From Oopsacas minuta (Eukaryota > Animalia > Porifera): 64,000 nucleotides of DNA. Below the pieces are notes generated by a model. The model was not told the origin of the DNA and made no database searches. It saw only the letters and a list, made by a program, of their open reading frames with translations. Shown piece by piece: positions 13,878 through 25,131 of this stretch. Where the stretch lies: positions 45,803-109,802 of the forward strand of contig JAKMXF010000009.1 of the NCBI GenBank assembly GCA_024704765.1, in the 5' to 3' direction. The translations under genes and the position numbers were made by a program. Within the stretch, counting starts at the first letter, position 1; every line of letters begins with the position of its first letter.

Positions 13878-16800
13878 CACAGTGGCACGAAATGGCTAAA
13901 ACCTGGAAGTAGGTATTAGGGCACTAGATAACGTATTAAACTATATTATTGACATATGGGGAATCGTACCCAAGCAATCGATTGACGTAACTAGATTTTT
14001 TCTAAGTCTTTGGGTGTGAAAGTAATGACGTCATTGTCACATTCAAAAATATTTTGATTTTTTTATCGATTTTAATAAGCCAATTTGTGAGCTATATGTT
14101 CAGAAATTGAATGCTTTATGTTTTGATATTATTAACACTAATGTACATTTTTATCAACTTATGAAACCATATTTCTTCTTAAAATAACCTACCGTTCATT
14201 GAACTACAAACTATAACGTATTTATAATTAGAGAATTCACGAAAATATCTTGACAGCTCTCTAACTCAGATAGATCTGGCTTCGAATCGTTTTTGGTAGT
14301 ATTACGAAAGGATGCTAAAATTAGATCACTTTGAGAGATAAGCCTGACGAACACATCTTTAACGTTGTCCTCAAAGCTAAATTTTCTTGAGAGTCTCTCA
14401 CGGTATCACCTGACTAATCTATTACAAGATTCAAGGCCTTCTTCAGACAAATCTTCTAAGCCAAACCCATCGTTGTGATCTGCAATTATTTGTGGTGCAT
14501 GGGCTAAAAGTTTATGTAAAGTAGGGGTTACATGTGCCCATAAAAATTGGTTAAAATGGATTCGTAAGTCTCTCGGGATACATTATCAAGGCCTTCAGTA
14601 TCCACTTTCCTGTTGCTATTATACAATCTCAGGATAGCACTCAAATTATTAAAGATTGTAGTGACAACTTGATGTGTCTCTTGAGGAACAACCGTCAATA
14701 CCCAATAGAGAAAATCTTGCACAGTATCATCGCTACGTGTGAAGCATCTCCGAACAACATTTCCGGTTGTGGTGGTTCCTCCTTGGACTGATGGTGTGTC
14801 AATTGATATACTAAGTTTTTCTTCAATAAGGCTAGTAATAAATTTCTTGGTACCAAGAATTATTGGCGAAGTTGGTGACCATTTTTGAATAGCACCACAC
14901 TGTAAATGGCAAATCAATAATAGGAACCAATTAAATGTTCTCAAATATGCATGTAGAGGGGAAGCTGATATGATATCTTTTTCTGAGATCGGTTTGTGTG
15001 TTAAATTGAATCTTTGATTTGTTGGCAAAGATAAAATTCTTCCTCATCAACCACATCAAATACATCACGTGCATCACGGATAGTCCTATTTATGGGAAAG
15101 CCATTTTGAACTATGCTAATATCGTGTATCTGTTGGAACGTTGCAGTACACATTTGACAATTAGCACCGCTTAAGATTTTTGCCATCTTTGTATCGGAAT
15201 GAGATCTCATGATCATGACCTCTGCATTGCCATTGTGTAAACACAAACCACTCTCTTCAATAGTTGAAGTTTCATTATTTATTAATGAGTCCATCAAAAA
15301 CTTGACACTCTCTTCATTTTCTGGAAGGGCTAAGAGGGCAACTGGTCGAGTGCAAAATGGCGAATTTGGATGATGAGGTTTCCATAGGATATGATCATTT
15401 GTATTTGTGATTGCGTTAACCTTGAAACCAAATAAAATGAAGGTTTTAGTCGAGAGGTCAGGGTTAGATATAGTTTGCTGGTAAACTCGATGACACCCAG
15501 ATCCATCTAAGCCATCGGATACTCGAACTTTCAGCGGATAGACAAGGTTATCAGGACTTAAGTTAAATACAATTCGTTCAACTGTATGGGTGAGTAGTCT
15601 GGTGTAAGAAATACCTACTCCACATGGAAATTCTCTATGAATTATACGCACCTCATCCAGCAAATTAATTTGAGCCCGATGTTTAGCTACACTATTGTAG
15701 CCTGGTAACTTGACATCTTCAGATAGTAACGTACGCCGAAGTTCTAAATACTTTGTTTTACCGATCTCAAGCGAATCGAAAAGAAAGGCAGATTTATCAA
15801 GTGATAATTGTGGATAGATAGGAGATGAGTTTCCCTTCTCGAGTATCTCTTTACAAACATTAGCACTATTCATGTCCTGCTCCTCATTGCAACAAAGTAG
15901 TAAGAGATAAGTTGCAAGAGTCTTTGGAGATACATGCTCGTTTTCAGCGACTGATTCGAGGTGAGACTTAAGAGAAGAGTTCCGATTTCTCAAACTTTTG
16001 TCGTTAAGTCAGTGGGCGATTTCTTTTTTGAAAGATTAAAGTCTTCTTCAAAGTTAATGGTTAATGAAGAAGAGGCACTTAACCTAGGATTCTTTGGCAG
16101 AGGACAGAAGCACATGGAATTCCAAGTATCAAGGTCCGAATATTTATGAAAAGAGGCTCTCTCTTTTTGAATATCATTGAACTTCAGACGAAAGAAATTT
16201 TGCTGATCTCGATCAAAACCATGAGTTGAAATAAATTGGTCTGCGATTGAACGAGTGCTAAGTAATTTATGCTCACAATAAAACTGAAAAGCTTGAAGGT
16301 TGTTCATTTCCTAGATAATTACTATATTATTTATTAACAATATTGTAAATACAGGGCAAAAAGTAAGATTATATATATATGCATGTTTGTTTTATAAGCT
16401 TATAAAATACATTCTGAAATTTAAGAATTAAGGAACTTTTGACGAAACTTTTTCTCACAGTAGAAGAGTGTTGATTTTTTTAATGGAATCTTTGTAAAAA
16501 TACGTGATGAGAACATTTATTTATATTAATTACAAGCTGAATTTTGTGAACACAAGCATAAATTGTAAATAACTTTACGTTTTGATTATATCCCTAAGCA
16601 ACCATAATATTTATATAAATTTTGAAAAGAGAATTTTTAGAAATATTAGATAAATTCAAAAGTTCATGTGATTGAAACTATTTTTGCGCGAATTTTCGGG
16701 AACCTGTAAATTGTTGTATTGTATAGAGAATTAAAAATGCTATATTATAAAACTCAGGAGACAACTTGACAGAACGCGACAGATGAAGTTATGAAACTTC

Positions 16801-17170
16801 GAAGTTGAGTGACGACAGAATATCCAACAGAAAAATTTATCAAAATATTTGGGCTATTTTAAGGATTTATTTGAACTCCGCTTATATAATCACTATGATA
16901 AGAGAGTAGTCGAAAATGCAATGAAATGAAGTCTTTGGAATGTATTAGTTGCTTAGATACTGGAATTTAAGTTCATTGATATAAATGAATATCTGTGGTT
17001 TTCAAGCATAATTTCTGAGCAAGAAATTGTAATGCTTATATACATTCCAGTCGGATCATAACAATTTTAGACATTTCAAGTAATCGGATATTTCTCTTTC
17101 CAATGAACTTTAAATGGTTACTAATATCGGATTGAAATTTTGACCAATTTCCAGGGGGTGTGCCACTATG
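13878..17170 (-). mobile_element. Transib/RAG1-like DNA transposon, about 3.3 kb
   Basis: Inverted ends cacagtggcac (13878) and gtgccactatg (17170) enclose a RAG1-core-like transposase. The 5-bp flanks (attgc vs aattg) are not a clean TSD. Confidence 0.8.
14211..16307 (-). pseudogene. RAG1-core-like (Transib) transposase, about 700 aa when reconstructed
   Basis: DGLDGSG (D at 15505-15507), PNSPFCTRPVAL, SDTKM (D at 15193-15195), CxxC, PLHA, GNVVRR, TPTLHKLLAH and SEEGLESCN (E at 14430-14432). Frameshifts near 15990, 15030 and 14540, plus one in-frame TGA near 14407. Confidence 0.92.
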
Positions 17171-17407
17171 AATTGTTATTAATTCGATTAGCAGCGTTGC
17201 CTTAGAGAGACACTATTAGCCAGGATTTGTTAATGTAGAAGAATATCTAGTAATTAACCATATTTTCTATTTCAGAATTACTTGCTAGTAATTATTGACA
17301 GTTTAGAACCCAACCCTAGAAGTTACTAATGTAAATAATGTTTCTATACATTTTTAACATTCTGGTCTGAGTATATGAATCCACATTCTGCAAAGGGAAA
17401 TGTCTCG

Positions 17408-18580
17408 CTAATAGTGTCTCTCTAAGGTAACGCTCCTAATCGAATGAATAACAATTCCCTCTTTTGGGCCTGCCTGGCTTTTCTTCACTGATTTTACGAA
17501 AGTAGTTACATTTGGGTGAGCGTCCATTTTCTTATTCAATAATTCATAAGCGATAACATGAGAACATGCTTTGTAGTGCATATATCTGGGACAAGTGCAG
17601 GAATACTGAACTTTATATCTACAAGATTCATCTAAGGATTCTGTAATGACATAGAAACCTTCTCTTTCTAAAATAAAGGAGTCAAGATCGGTATATTGAT
17701 CCACATGTAGAGACGCAAATTTATATTTCAAAAAATAAGTCGGTAATTTCGTGTATATATTCTTCCAAAGAAAAGTATAAAAGTTGTAACCTTCTACATA
17801 GGATGACAAATTGCTTTCGAGAGGAAACAGGAGCACTATAGGAATAAAGTAAAAAAGACTCGATTAATAATATGTTTTGAATATGAAAGAGTAAAAGGGT
17901 TTGTCAAGTTATTAGGTAGCTGATATTTGGAAATATAAAGTATGGATAATACCTTGAAAAGATCTTTTGTTGTAAACTATCCAATCTCCAAATTACTTCA
18001 TCCACTTCCTGTTGTTGCGCTGTAACTTCCGTCCAGCTAGTCTGGATTTGGTGAACATCCATATTATGCATATTCTGCTGGTGAGTGTAGTACATTGCCT
18101 TTTCTAGCAAGTATCAATACTTGCTTTTTGAATGATATAACCTTTCCATAAGTATATCCTATAGAATGTTAAAATAGTCAAGAGAAGCAATGAATCAATT
18201 TCGTAGTTAGTAGATTAAGGATTGAGTACACATTATAGATGTACTAACCTTTTCTGCGAGGAGTTGTGCCAATGATTCTTCTAAAGATAATCCTGGTAAA
18301 TCGTCTAATGGAAATGTTTCTGCTGGAAATATGCCATCAAACTCACTTGAAGCTAACATTTCAAATCCTCTAATACGGTTGAGGACATGCTTGGGAGGAT
18401 CACAATCTAGATCCAGTGGATGTGATGGAAGACTTCTCGACTCCAATTTGCTTTGTGATGAAATAATTTAATCGCTTCCTTCAGATACAATGTATCACCA
18501 TGCGTGGTTTGCATGAGTGTTCTCTTAAAGGTGTGGAAAAATTTTTCTTGAGAATTATTATCAGTAGGGATACCGGGACC
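17408..18580 (-). mobile_element. Decayed MULE/Mutator transposase with SWIM finger
   Basis: GPGIPTDNNSQEKFFHTFKR (TNNxxE-type motif) and YSCTCPRYMHYKACSH (SWIM CxC..C.H). Truncated at 18581 by the duplicated segment. Confidence 0.7.
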
Positions 18581-19863
18581 TTTGTATAATATTATATTTA
18601 TATGTGATTGGATATTGATTGACCTAAACAGATAATTGATTGAGTGAATAAATAAGTATATTTGGTTTCGCCAATCATTAATAAGGCGAGGTATAAATTG
18701 AACTATAACATGTGTCCGCACACTCCGATCTATCTCTAGGGCAAGGGTAGAATACTAACAAAGTCCTTATTGAGAGAAATTCTATCACAAACCAAAGTTA
18801 ATAATGTCAAAATATATATTAACAAATACAAATAAGATATATTTCTTCTCTTCATCGTTATAAATAATCTCTACTATAATTACAAAATACAGAAAATTAC
18901 ACAAACAGATCGTAATAATTCGAATCATCATCAACCTCTTCTTGATAAAGATGCGTATCTTTTGAAATTTCATTTTGCATTCTGTGATACTTTTCTAACA
19001 GATCGTCCAGGTTGTATACAGTAATATTATTCTCTCTATTTCCAAGATACAGCTTACGAGATGAAACATGTATAATGGAAGTTTTAGCACTCAATTTTGA
19101 GTGTATTGTATCGTATTTACCTATATCCATGACATATGATACATTACTGGAGTTATGAGGACAAAACTGACATATAGCTATCTTATTCCTATGACGACTT
19201 ATGTAAGGACAAATAACATAACCGTCGAACACAAAAACTTTACTAAAACTAAGGATCTTAATAGGTAATGGCTGAAGTACATCATCTCTTGTATTGTATA
19301 TGTACAGTGTTCCATCTTGACGGTATCTAATAATCATATTCATATCATCGTCTATTATACTAATAGCTTTAAGCCTTCTTCTAACAAAGTTTGTAACAAA
19401 TATTGTATCCAGTTTGAGCATCCCTTCCTTCCCGAATGAATATCCTGAATGAAAGGTTAGAATGTAGAAAATGTTGTACTTCTCAGAGGAAATACAATCT
19501 ATTATTCTATGATTCAGTGGGGTGGGGAATTTAGTTATAACTACACCATCTGTAGTGATGAGGTATATGCTGGCTGAAGGCATAGCATTACAAATTACCA
19601 AAACATTCTCTGGCATCGGACAAAATTTACCAATTATAAACTGAGGAATGTTAATTTTGATAGAGTAGAGATAGTTTCCTCGTAAATCAAAGGCTAGAAT
19701 TGACTTTATCTGAGGATATCCTATATAAACAGTATCATGCAGTTGTGATATTGTCATGTGACTGTAGTACAACGTTTTTGGAGCTGAGTTGTCACAGGAA
19801 AAGGAAAAGGCAGGTTTAATTCCCAACACATTTTCCATTTTGATAGACTGTATCTATGAAATG
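18581..19863 (-). repeat. Segmental duplication, copy 1 (inverted relative to 46911-48202)
   Basis: About 1.29 kb nearly identical to the reverse complement of 46911-48202, with sharp boundaries. Confidence 0.95.
18897..19838 (-). CDS. Orphan 313-aa protein, probable degenerate beta-propeller (copy 1)
   Basis: Intact ORF with NHL-like blades (VYIGYPQIKSILAFDLRGNYLYSI); about 97% identical to the protein at 46936-47877. Confidence 0.65.
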   Translation of the reverse strand: MENVLGIKPAFSFSCDNSAPKTLYYSHMTISQLHDTVYIGYPQIKSILAFDLRGNYLYSIKINIPQFIIGKFCPMPENVLVICNAMPSASIYLITTDGVVITKFPTPLNHRIIDCISSEKYNIFYILTFHSGYSFGKEGMLKLDTIFVTNFVRRRLKAISIIDDDMNMIIRYRQDGTLYIYNTRDDVLQPLPIKILSFSKVFVFDGYVICPYISRHRNKIAICQFCPHNSSNVSYVMDIGKYDTIHSKLSAKTSIIHVSSRKLYLGNRENNITVYNLDDLLEKYHRMQNEISKDTHLYQEEVDDDSNYYDLFV

Positions 19864-20290
19864 ACAGACAAACAGACAACAATTGCAATTTAATAATATA
19901 GATTTTCATCTATATTATTAAATCCCAATTGTTGTCTGTTTGTTTGTCCGTTATCAAGGAAAGGATTTATCGTATGCAATATTGAAATCGTCGCATAACT
20001 ATGTATTTATCGTGTTTATCAAAGTAGTAATAAGAATTCAATAAACTTCACTAAATATATCGAACATGCTGAATCCGATTTTCACACTTTCGGATTAATC
20101 ATATGTAAATTTATTGTTGTTTTTATGAATGTAAAGTAAACAAATTAGAAATTTCAAAATATACATTACAGCCATGCTCTAAACGGCTACACAGGGGTGA
20201 CACAATACGCTGAGCCAGAATTTCGCATTTCAAGTTTCTCATATGTAAATTTATTGTTGTGTTTATAAATATAAAGTAAACAAATTAGCC
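19864..20290. mobile_element. Helitron-like non-autonomous repeat with two head-to-head 5' ends
   Basis: atctatattattaaa followed by a (ctgt/ttgt)n microsatellite on both strands. The internal block matches 29490-29927, about 59700-59900 and about 60600-61070. Helitron identity is inference. Confidence 0.45.
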
Positions 20291-20299
20291 ATTCAAATC

Positions 20300-22818
20300 T
20301 GCAATGGCATCATTAACTGCCAGTTCCAAGCGATGGTTCAAACAATGACATGTTATAATTTCGGAAAATCCTTCACAATTAGCTCCATAACTCCTGATTT
20401 TCGCCCAGTTAAGACGCAGACTCCATCAGAAGTGAAGACAATAAAATGTTTTTGCAAATAATCCATATCAAATGTATGCCTTTTCAAACAAGCAACTAAT
20501 GCGGAATGAATCTCTTTTGCACTCCCACCATTTGTCAACTCAACCAAGTCCAAGAACAGGAACTGAGGTTCCCCGGACGTTTCCAGTTGAGCATTCAAAT
20601 AGATTATAAGAGTTGAAATGTCGGATATTGTGCAAGATTCATCAATGAGGATGGAAATTTTCCCCTGGTTTTGTTTAATAGTCTTGCATATCGTAGAACG
20701 CATGTCATGGGCAATGTGATCAATTATTGCAGTTGCAGAGAATCTTGAGTGTAACCCAATCCCCATATCAATCTCATTTTGACTTTGCAAGTCAGCCAAG
20801 CCTTGATGATCTCCCAATGGTCTGTCATTCTTAGATATATAATAACATGTACTGAAAACTCTCTTCGTAGAATCCAAGTATTTGCTGTTCATAACATCTA
20901 CATAGGCAGGCATACTGTTTTTCTCCTGCTGGGTCATGATGTCTTTGGACTTCATATGTGCATCTGAATGCAAATGCTGGAATATCTTTTCCGTAGTGAT
21001 GTAAGCTTAGCCTTTTGTAAGCTTCCGTTATGCTTGACATTCGTTATTTGCCATTCCGGACTCAAGTAAACCCCCTGCGTTCGATGTGGACCTAAACCTT
21101 TAATAGATGCACAGAAATTGCACCCAAGTCTCCCTTCTTTGCACAATAGCCAAGGATGATCATGCATTTCACACGCCACATTTCATCTGTCCATACTTCT
21201 GGAATATCAGCCACCGTCGAAGGCGTTGAAATATAGGGTAACAAATCGTAGTCCATGTCGTTTGTTGTACTTTGTGTTTGTTGGTTGCTTTCTGAAATTG
21301 AAACATTATTTGAATTATTTAGGAATCCAATCATATTTGATTGGTTAAACATCTCTTAAAATAAGAAATAGCTAAAATGTATTATACATAATGTACAGGG
21401 TGGCTCCAAAGTTCTGATACAAACCATTTTGTCTATAATATTTATTCAGCATGACCTACATCATTGATTTTCTATATATAATTAATACATACTATTAGGA
21501 AGAGATTGTCTAGTCATTTATTCAATATAACCACCCTTTTTGAAATGACAGCCCTGAGTCTGTTCGGGAATCCTTCTACTGCGGCACGCAAAGTTTCTTG
21601 GGGTATCTTCTCCCATTCTCGACAAGGAAATCTTTAGAGAGCTAACTGTGTTGTGTGACACAGAACAAGCCTTGTTTTCCAAGATAGACCATACAGAATA
21701 GTCCATGGGATTTAAATCGGGACTGTATAGTGGCCATTCATCCTTGTGTATAAAATTGGGAATATTGTGCTTCAGCCAATCTTGGGTCGTATTGGCCGTA
21801 TGGGCGGGAACACCATCTTGTTGGAAGACAAATTACTGTCCAGAAAACATGGTCTGGCTCAGACCTTTTACCACAGGCTCTAATACAAGCTCTTGGTATG
21901 TTTTGGCATTGATTTTCACTCCTGGGGGGATGAAAATCAGTGGTGTCCGTCCAACAGCAGAAACCCCAGCCCAAACCATCACCGACAGCGGTTTCTTCAT
22001 CCGACTGATATATCTGAACTTATCAGGGATCGCTGAAACTGAGGTCGAGATGACTCTGTCGTTTTGGCTATTTGTAGCCTCTTCTATGGTGAAAATTTTC
22101 TCATCTGAGAAAAGGGTATTTTTGAGAACCCCAATAGCGTGTAGTGAAAGTAGGCTCTTGTTCCGGGACACTCTCTTTTCTTTCGCCGACCCAGATAGGA
22201 ATTGTACCTTCTTGCGTTTAAAAGAGCGCATTCCTAGGTCCCTTTTAACAACCTTTTGTATTGCTCGGCGAGATATATTGAGCTCCAAGGCCATTTTCCT
22301 CATCGAACGGTGTGGGTTCCGCCGAATCCGTTCTCGCACCACTTTCTTGAGAGCTGAGGTCGTTACAGAGCATGGACGACCAGATCTCGGCTTGTCTACA
22401 GTGTCCCCAGTTTCCTTATATCGATTTATCGTCCTGTAGATAAATGCCTACGTCCTTTTGCAATATTCAGCAGTTTCAAAATTTCTGAGGGACTTTTCCC
22501 CGCCACATGCAACTCAATAATTGCTGGCCTCTTAGATTCCATGGTCAATCACAATTTTTTTTCGAAATAGTATACACTAAATTAAAATAATATTTGTTAG
22601 GAAGCGTATAAGGTATGTCATGGAAGAGCAAACCATTGAGAATACTTCCTGATAATGGTTGTATATTAATTGTGATTTTGTATCAGAACTTTGGAGCCAC
22701 CCTGTATGTGGGTTATTACACTATTACAAGAATGCTAAACTCGCAAACAAATGTTGAACGAGTGAGACATTAGTGGGAGAACGGCGTTCCCCCGCGTTCC
22801 CCCTGGAAAACATCACTG
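20300..22818 (-). mobile_element. Decayed hAT transposon (ZNF862/KIAA1586-like), interrupted by a maT element
   Basis: WLLCKEGRLGCNFC, ISILIDES, FLFLDLVEL and SDGVCVLTGRKSGV motifs in shifted frames; candidate terminus cagtgatg (reverse complement) at 22811-22818. Confidence 0.75.
21396..22704 (-). mobile_element. Tc1/mariner element of the DD37D (maT) group, 1309 bp, frameshifted
   Basis: Perfect 28-bp TIR cagggtggctccaaagttctgatacaaa with TA TSDs. FSDEK...QDG-x-SPDLNPMD with exactly 37 residues between the second and third D. Confidence 0.92.
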
Positions 22819-23110
22819 GAATAGATATTGCGTTAAAATAATTTAGAGAATGAATCTGACAGCTAATACAGCATAGCAACTAATTCTATATAAGGAATGT
22901 CTAGTTATAACTGGAACTAATTTACATGTTGAAAGCTATCTGACCTAACACATCCGTAATTCTGTGAGACAATAGTCTCGTGGTAGAGTTCAAGGAAATG
23001 AGACTAGTTGTAACTTTCTATTTCACCACTTGACACCTGAATAATTAACATATGAAATGGTATAAATACAGTCTGTATATGAGACTAATCATAAACAGAA
23101 CAACAAACAA

Positions 23111-24265
23111 ATGGCCGCCAAATTCCCAGATGAAATTCCTACCAACCATTTCGAACAAGTGGAACAGATGATCCATTCCACCTTCGAGAAGCTTATTAGG
23201 ATTGCGACAGAGGGAGAGATCAGCTGCTTGTCCAACTATCCGATATCAAGCAGGACTATCTAAGAAAGGAGAATACAAGAAAGAAACAAGTAGCAGACTT
23301 GGAGAAGATGATCAGACAATTAATGGAAACTAGCATTCAACAGAATGAAGTAGTAAAGTTCCAAAAAGATCAAATAAAGAATTGGAGAAAGGAACAAAAG
23401 AAATACGAAATAGCAACACATATCCCAATCCCTTCCTTCTACCCTGGGCCTAGACTCTCTCCTAGAACAGCTGGAGAAGTTAGGGTCTATTCAGGATACA
23501 ACTGTACCCTACAGAAACAAGACAGAGCCCATCAGAAGGATTGGCAAACATGGAAAAAAGAAAGGAAAGCTGTATTACCCTGATGGACTAGCTCTAGATG
23601 GAGATAAGATCTATATAGCAGATGCAAACAATAGAAGAATACAGATCTTATCTACAGAGGGTAAGTTCATTCAAGAATTTGGTAAGGAGCAGCTAATGCA
23701 TCCATACGGTATCGCATCATTTAACGAATGGGTGTTTATAAGTGATTTGGGACTTGATGCTGTATTTAAATTCTCTATTACAAATTACAAATTAATTAAG
23801 AGTGTTAAGGGAGTTGTTAGTTACCCTATTGGTCTAACAACTGGCACATATGGAGAAGTGTTAGTTGCAGATTCTACTAATAATAGAATTGCAGTATTCA
23901 GCTCTGATTTAGAATATATAAGAGAAATAGGAAAAGACAAACTTATAAATCCGGGTGACGTCAAAATAAATAATAATAAGATATTCGTAGCAGACAAAAA
24001 TAAGATTAATAATATACATATATTCTCTAAATCAGGTGATTTATTGAAAAGTTTCATAAAATTAGAAAATGGAGGAGGATATATTTGTATGTGTTTAGAT
24101 TTGTATAATAATATTATAATTAGCGATTATTTGGGAAATTCAATTAATATATTTAATAAAGATGGACAACTGATACAGAAAATCATATGTGATAAACTTA
24201 CAGGAATAGTTGTTAATAATAACTTTGATATTATTTGTGCTAGTGATGTAATAAATATATATTAA
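23111..24265 (+). pseudogene. Coiled-coil plus NHL-repeat (TRIM-NHL-like, no RING) gene with two frameshifts
   Basis: MAAKFPDE start and NHL blades (YPDGLALDGDKIYIADANNRRIQI, HPYGIA, YPIGLT). Frameshifts near 23212 and 23439. Confidence 0.85.
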
Positions 24266-24456
24266 TTTCCTGTGTTGGTTATTATTAAATTATCATATTC
24301 ACACTTGTTTAATACAATAAAGAACTCCTGGGTCACTGGTTAATCCAGCAACTTAGTTACGACTACAGCCACTTAATTGGGTCAAAATGCTATGTTGTTC
24401 CGTGGTGACACTATAAAGAGGTGTTACATAAATTCTTTGATATGTAAATAAGTCAC

Positions 24457-24568
24457 CTTCGCTAATTCATCAAATTCTCCGAATTATCAATTCAACAGTT
24501 CCACTAGCTCTTTAGCATCTATGGAGGAAGATAGCTTCGTGAACCCGCAGACATCAGCAAACAATATA
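24457..24568 (-). pseudogene. Isolated adenylyl/guanylyl cyclase catalytic-domain exon with stops
   Basis: AG-flanked and GT-flanked segment reading (S)[35 protein letters not shown], matching the class III cyclase ILFADIxGFT motif. Confidence 0.7.
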
Positions 24569-25131
24569 CTATAAATATATATGCCACTTTATGCCACAAT
24601 TATGTATGTCATAGGGAGATAAGGGTAAGAGATAGCAGGGGAAATTGGATTGGTCATGTTGACATAATTGGACCCTCTTCTAGAGCAGCAGTTCCCAATT
24701 TTTTCACTCATGGACCCCCTTCCGTGTACTGGAATACAAATCATGAGATCGTGTCTACCACTAAGGGGTCAATCGGCTCCAGGTATGAAATTATGATAGT
24801 CTCACCTGACAGATTCCACATGATATTTCAGTGGTCCTTAGACACAAATGGGTACATATGAAGTCCAGAATTGGACCCATGGTAACAACAAAACAGTCAA
24901 CTACAGTCGTATCTAAGCTTAATGTGCCGTTCATTCGTGCCGTTGGTTGAAAACGGCACGTTGACACAGGTATGGTGATTAGGTATGTCGAAATAGCGTG
25001 AGAAAGGGAGTGTAGCATGTTCTTTATGGCATATATCGCACTTGACCCTGAAGTATGTCTGCCAGCCATGAATCCATTTTCTTCGTATAGAGTAAGACTC
25101 CCTGCCAATACATTAGATCAAGACTCTAAAC

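Noticed and set aside
21705-22439. 244-aa plus-strand ORF, and similar ORFs such as 43220-43603, 3566-3793, 6501-6698 and 23821-24057
   Set aside because: These are antisense shadows of transposase, SMC6 or NHL coding sequence.
24791-25108. Cys-containing frame resembling a Mutator-like transposase N-terminus
   Set aside because: Only a CxxC and a loose pattern support it, which is not enough to call.
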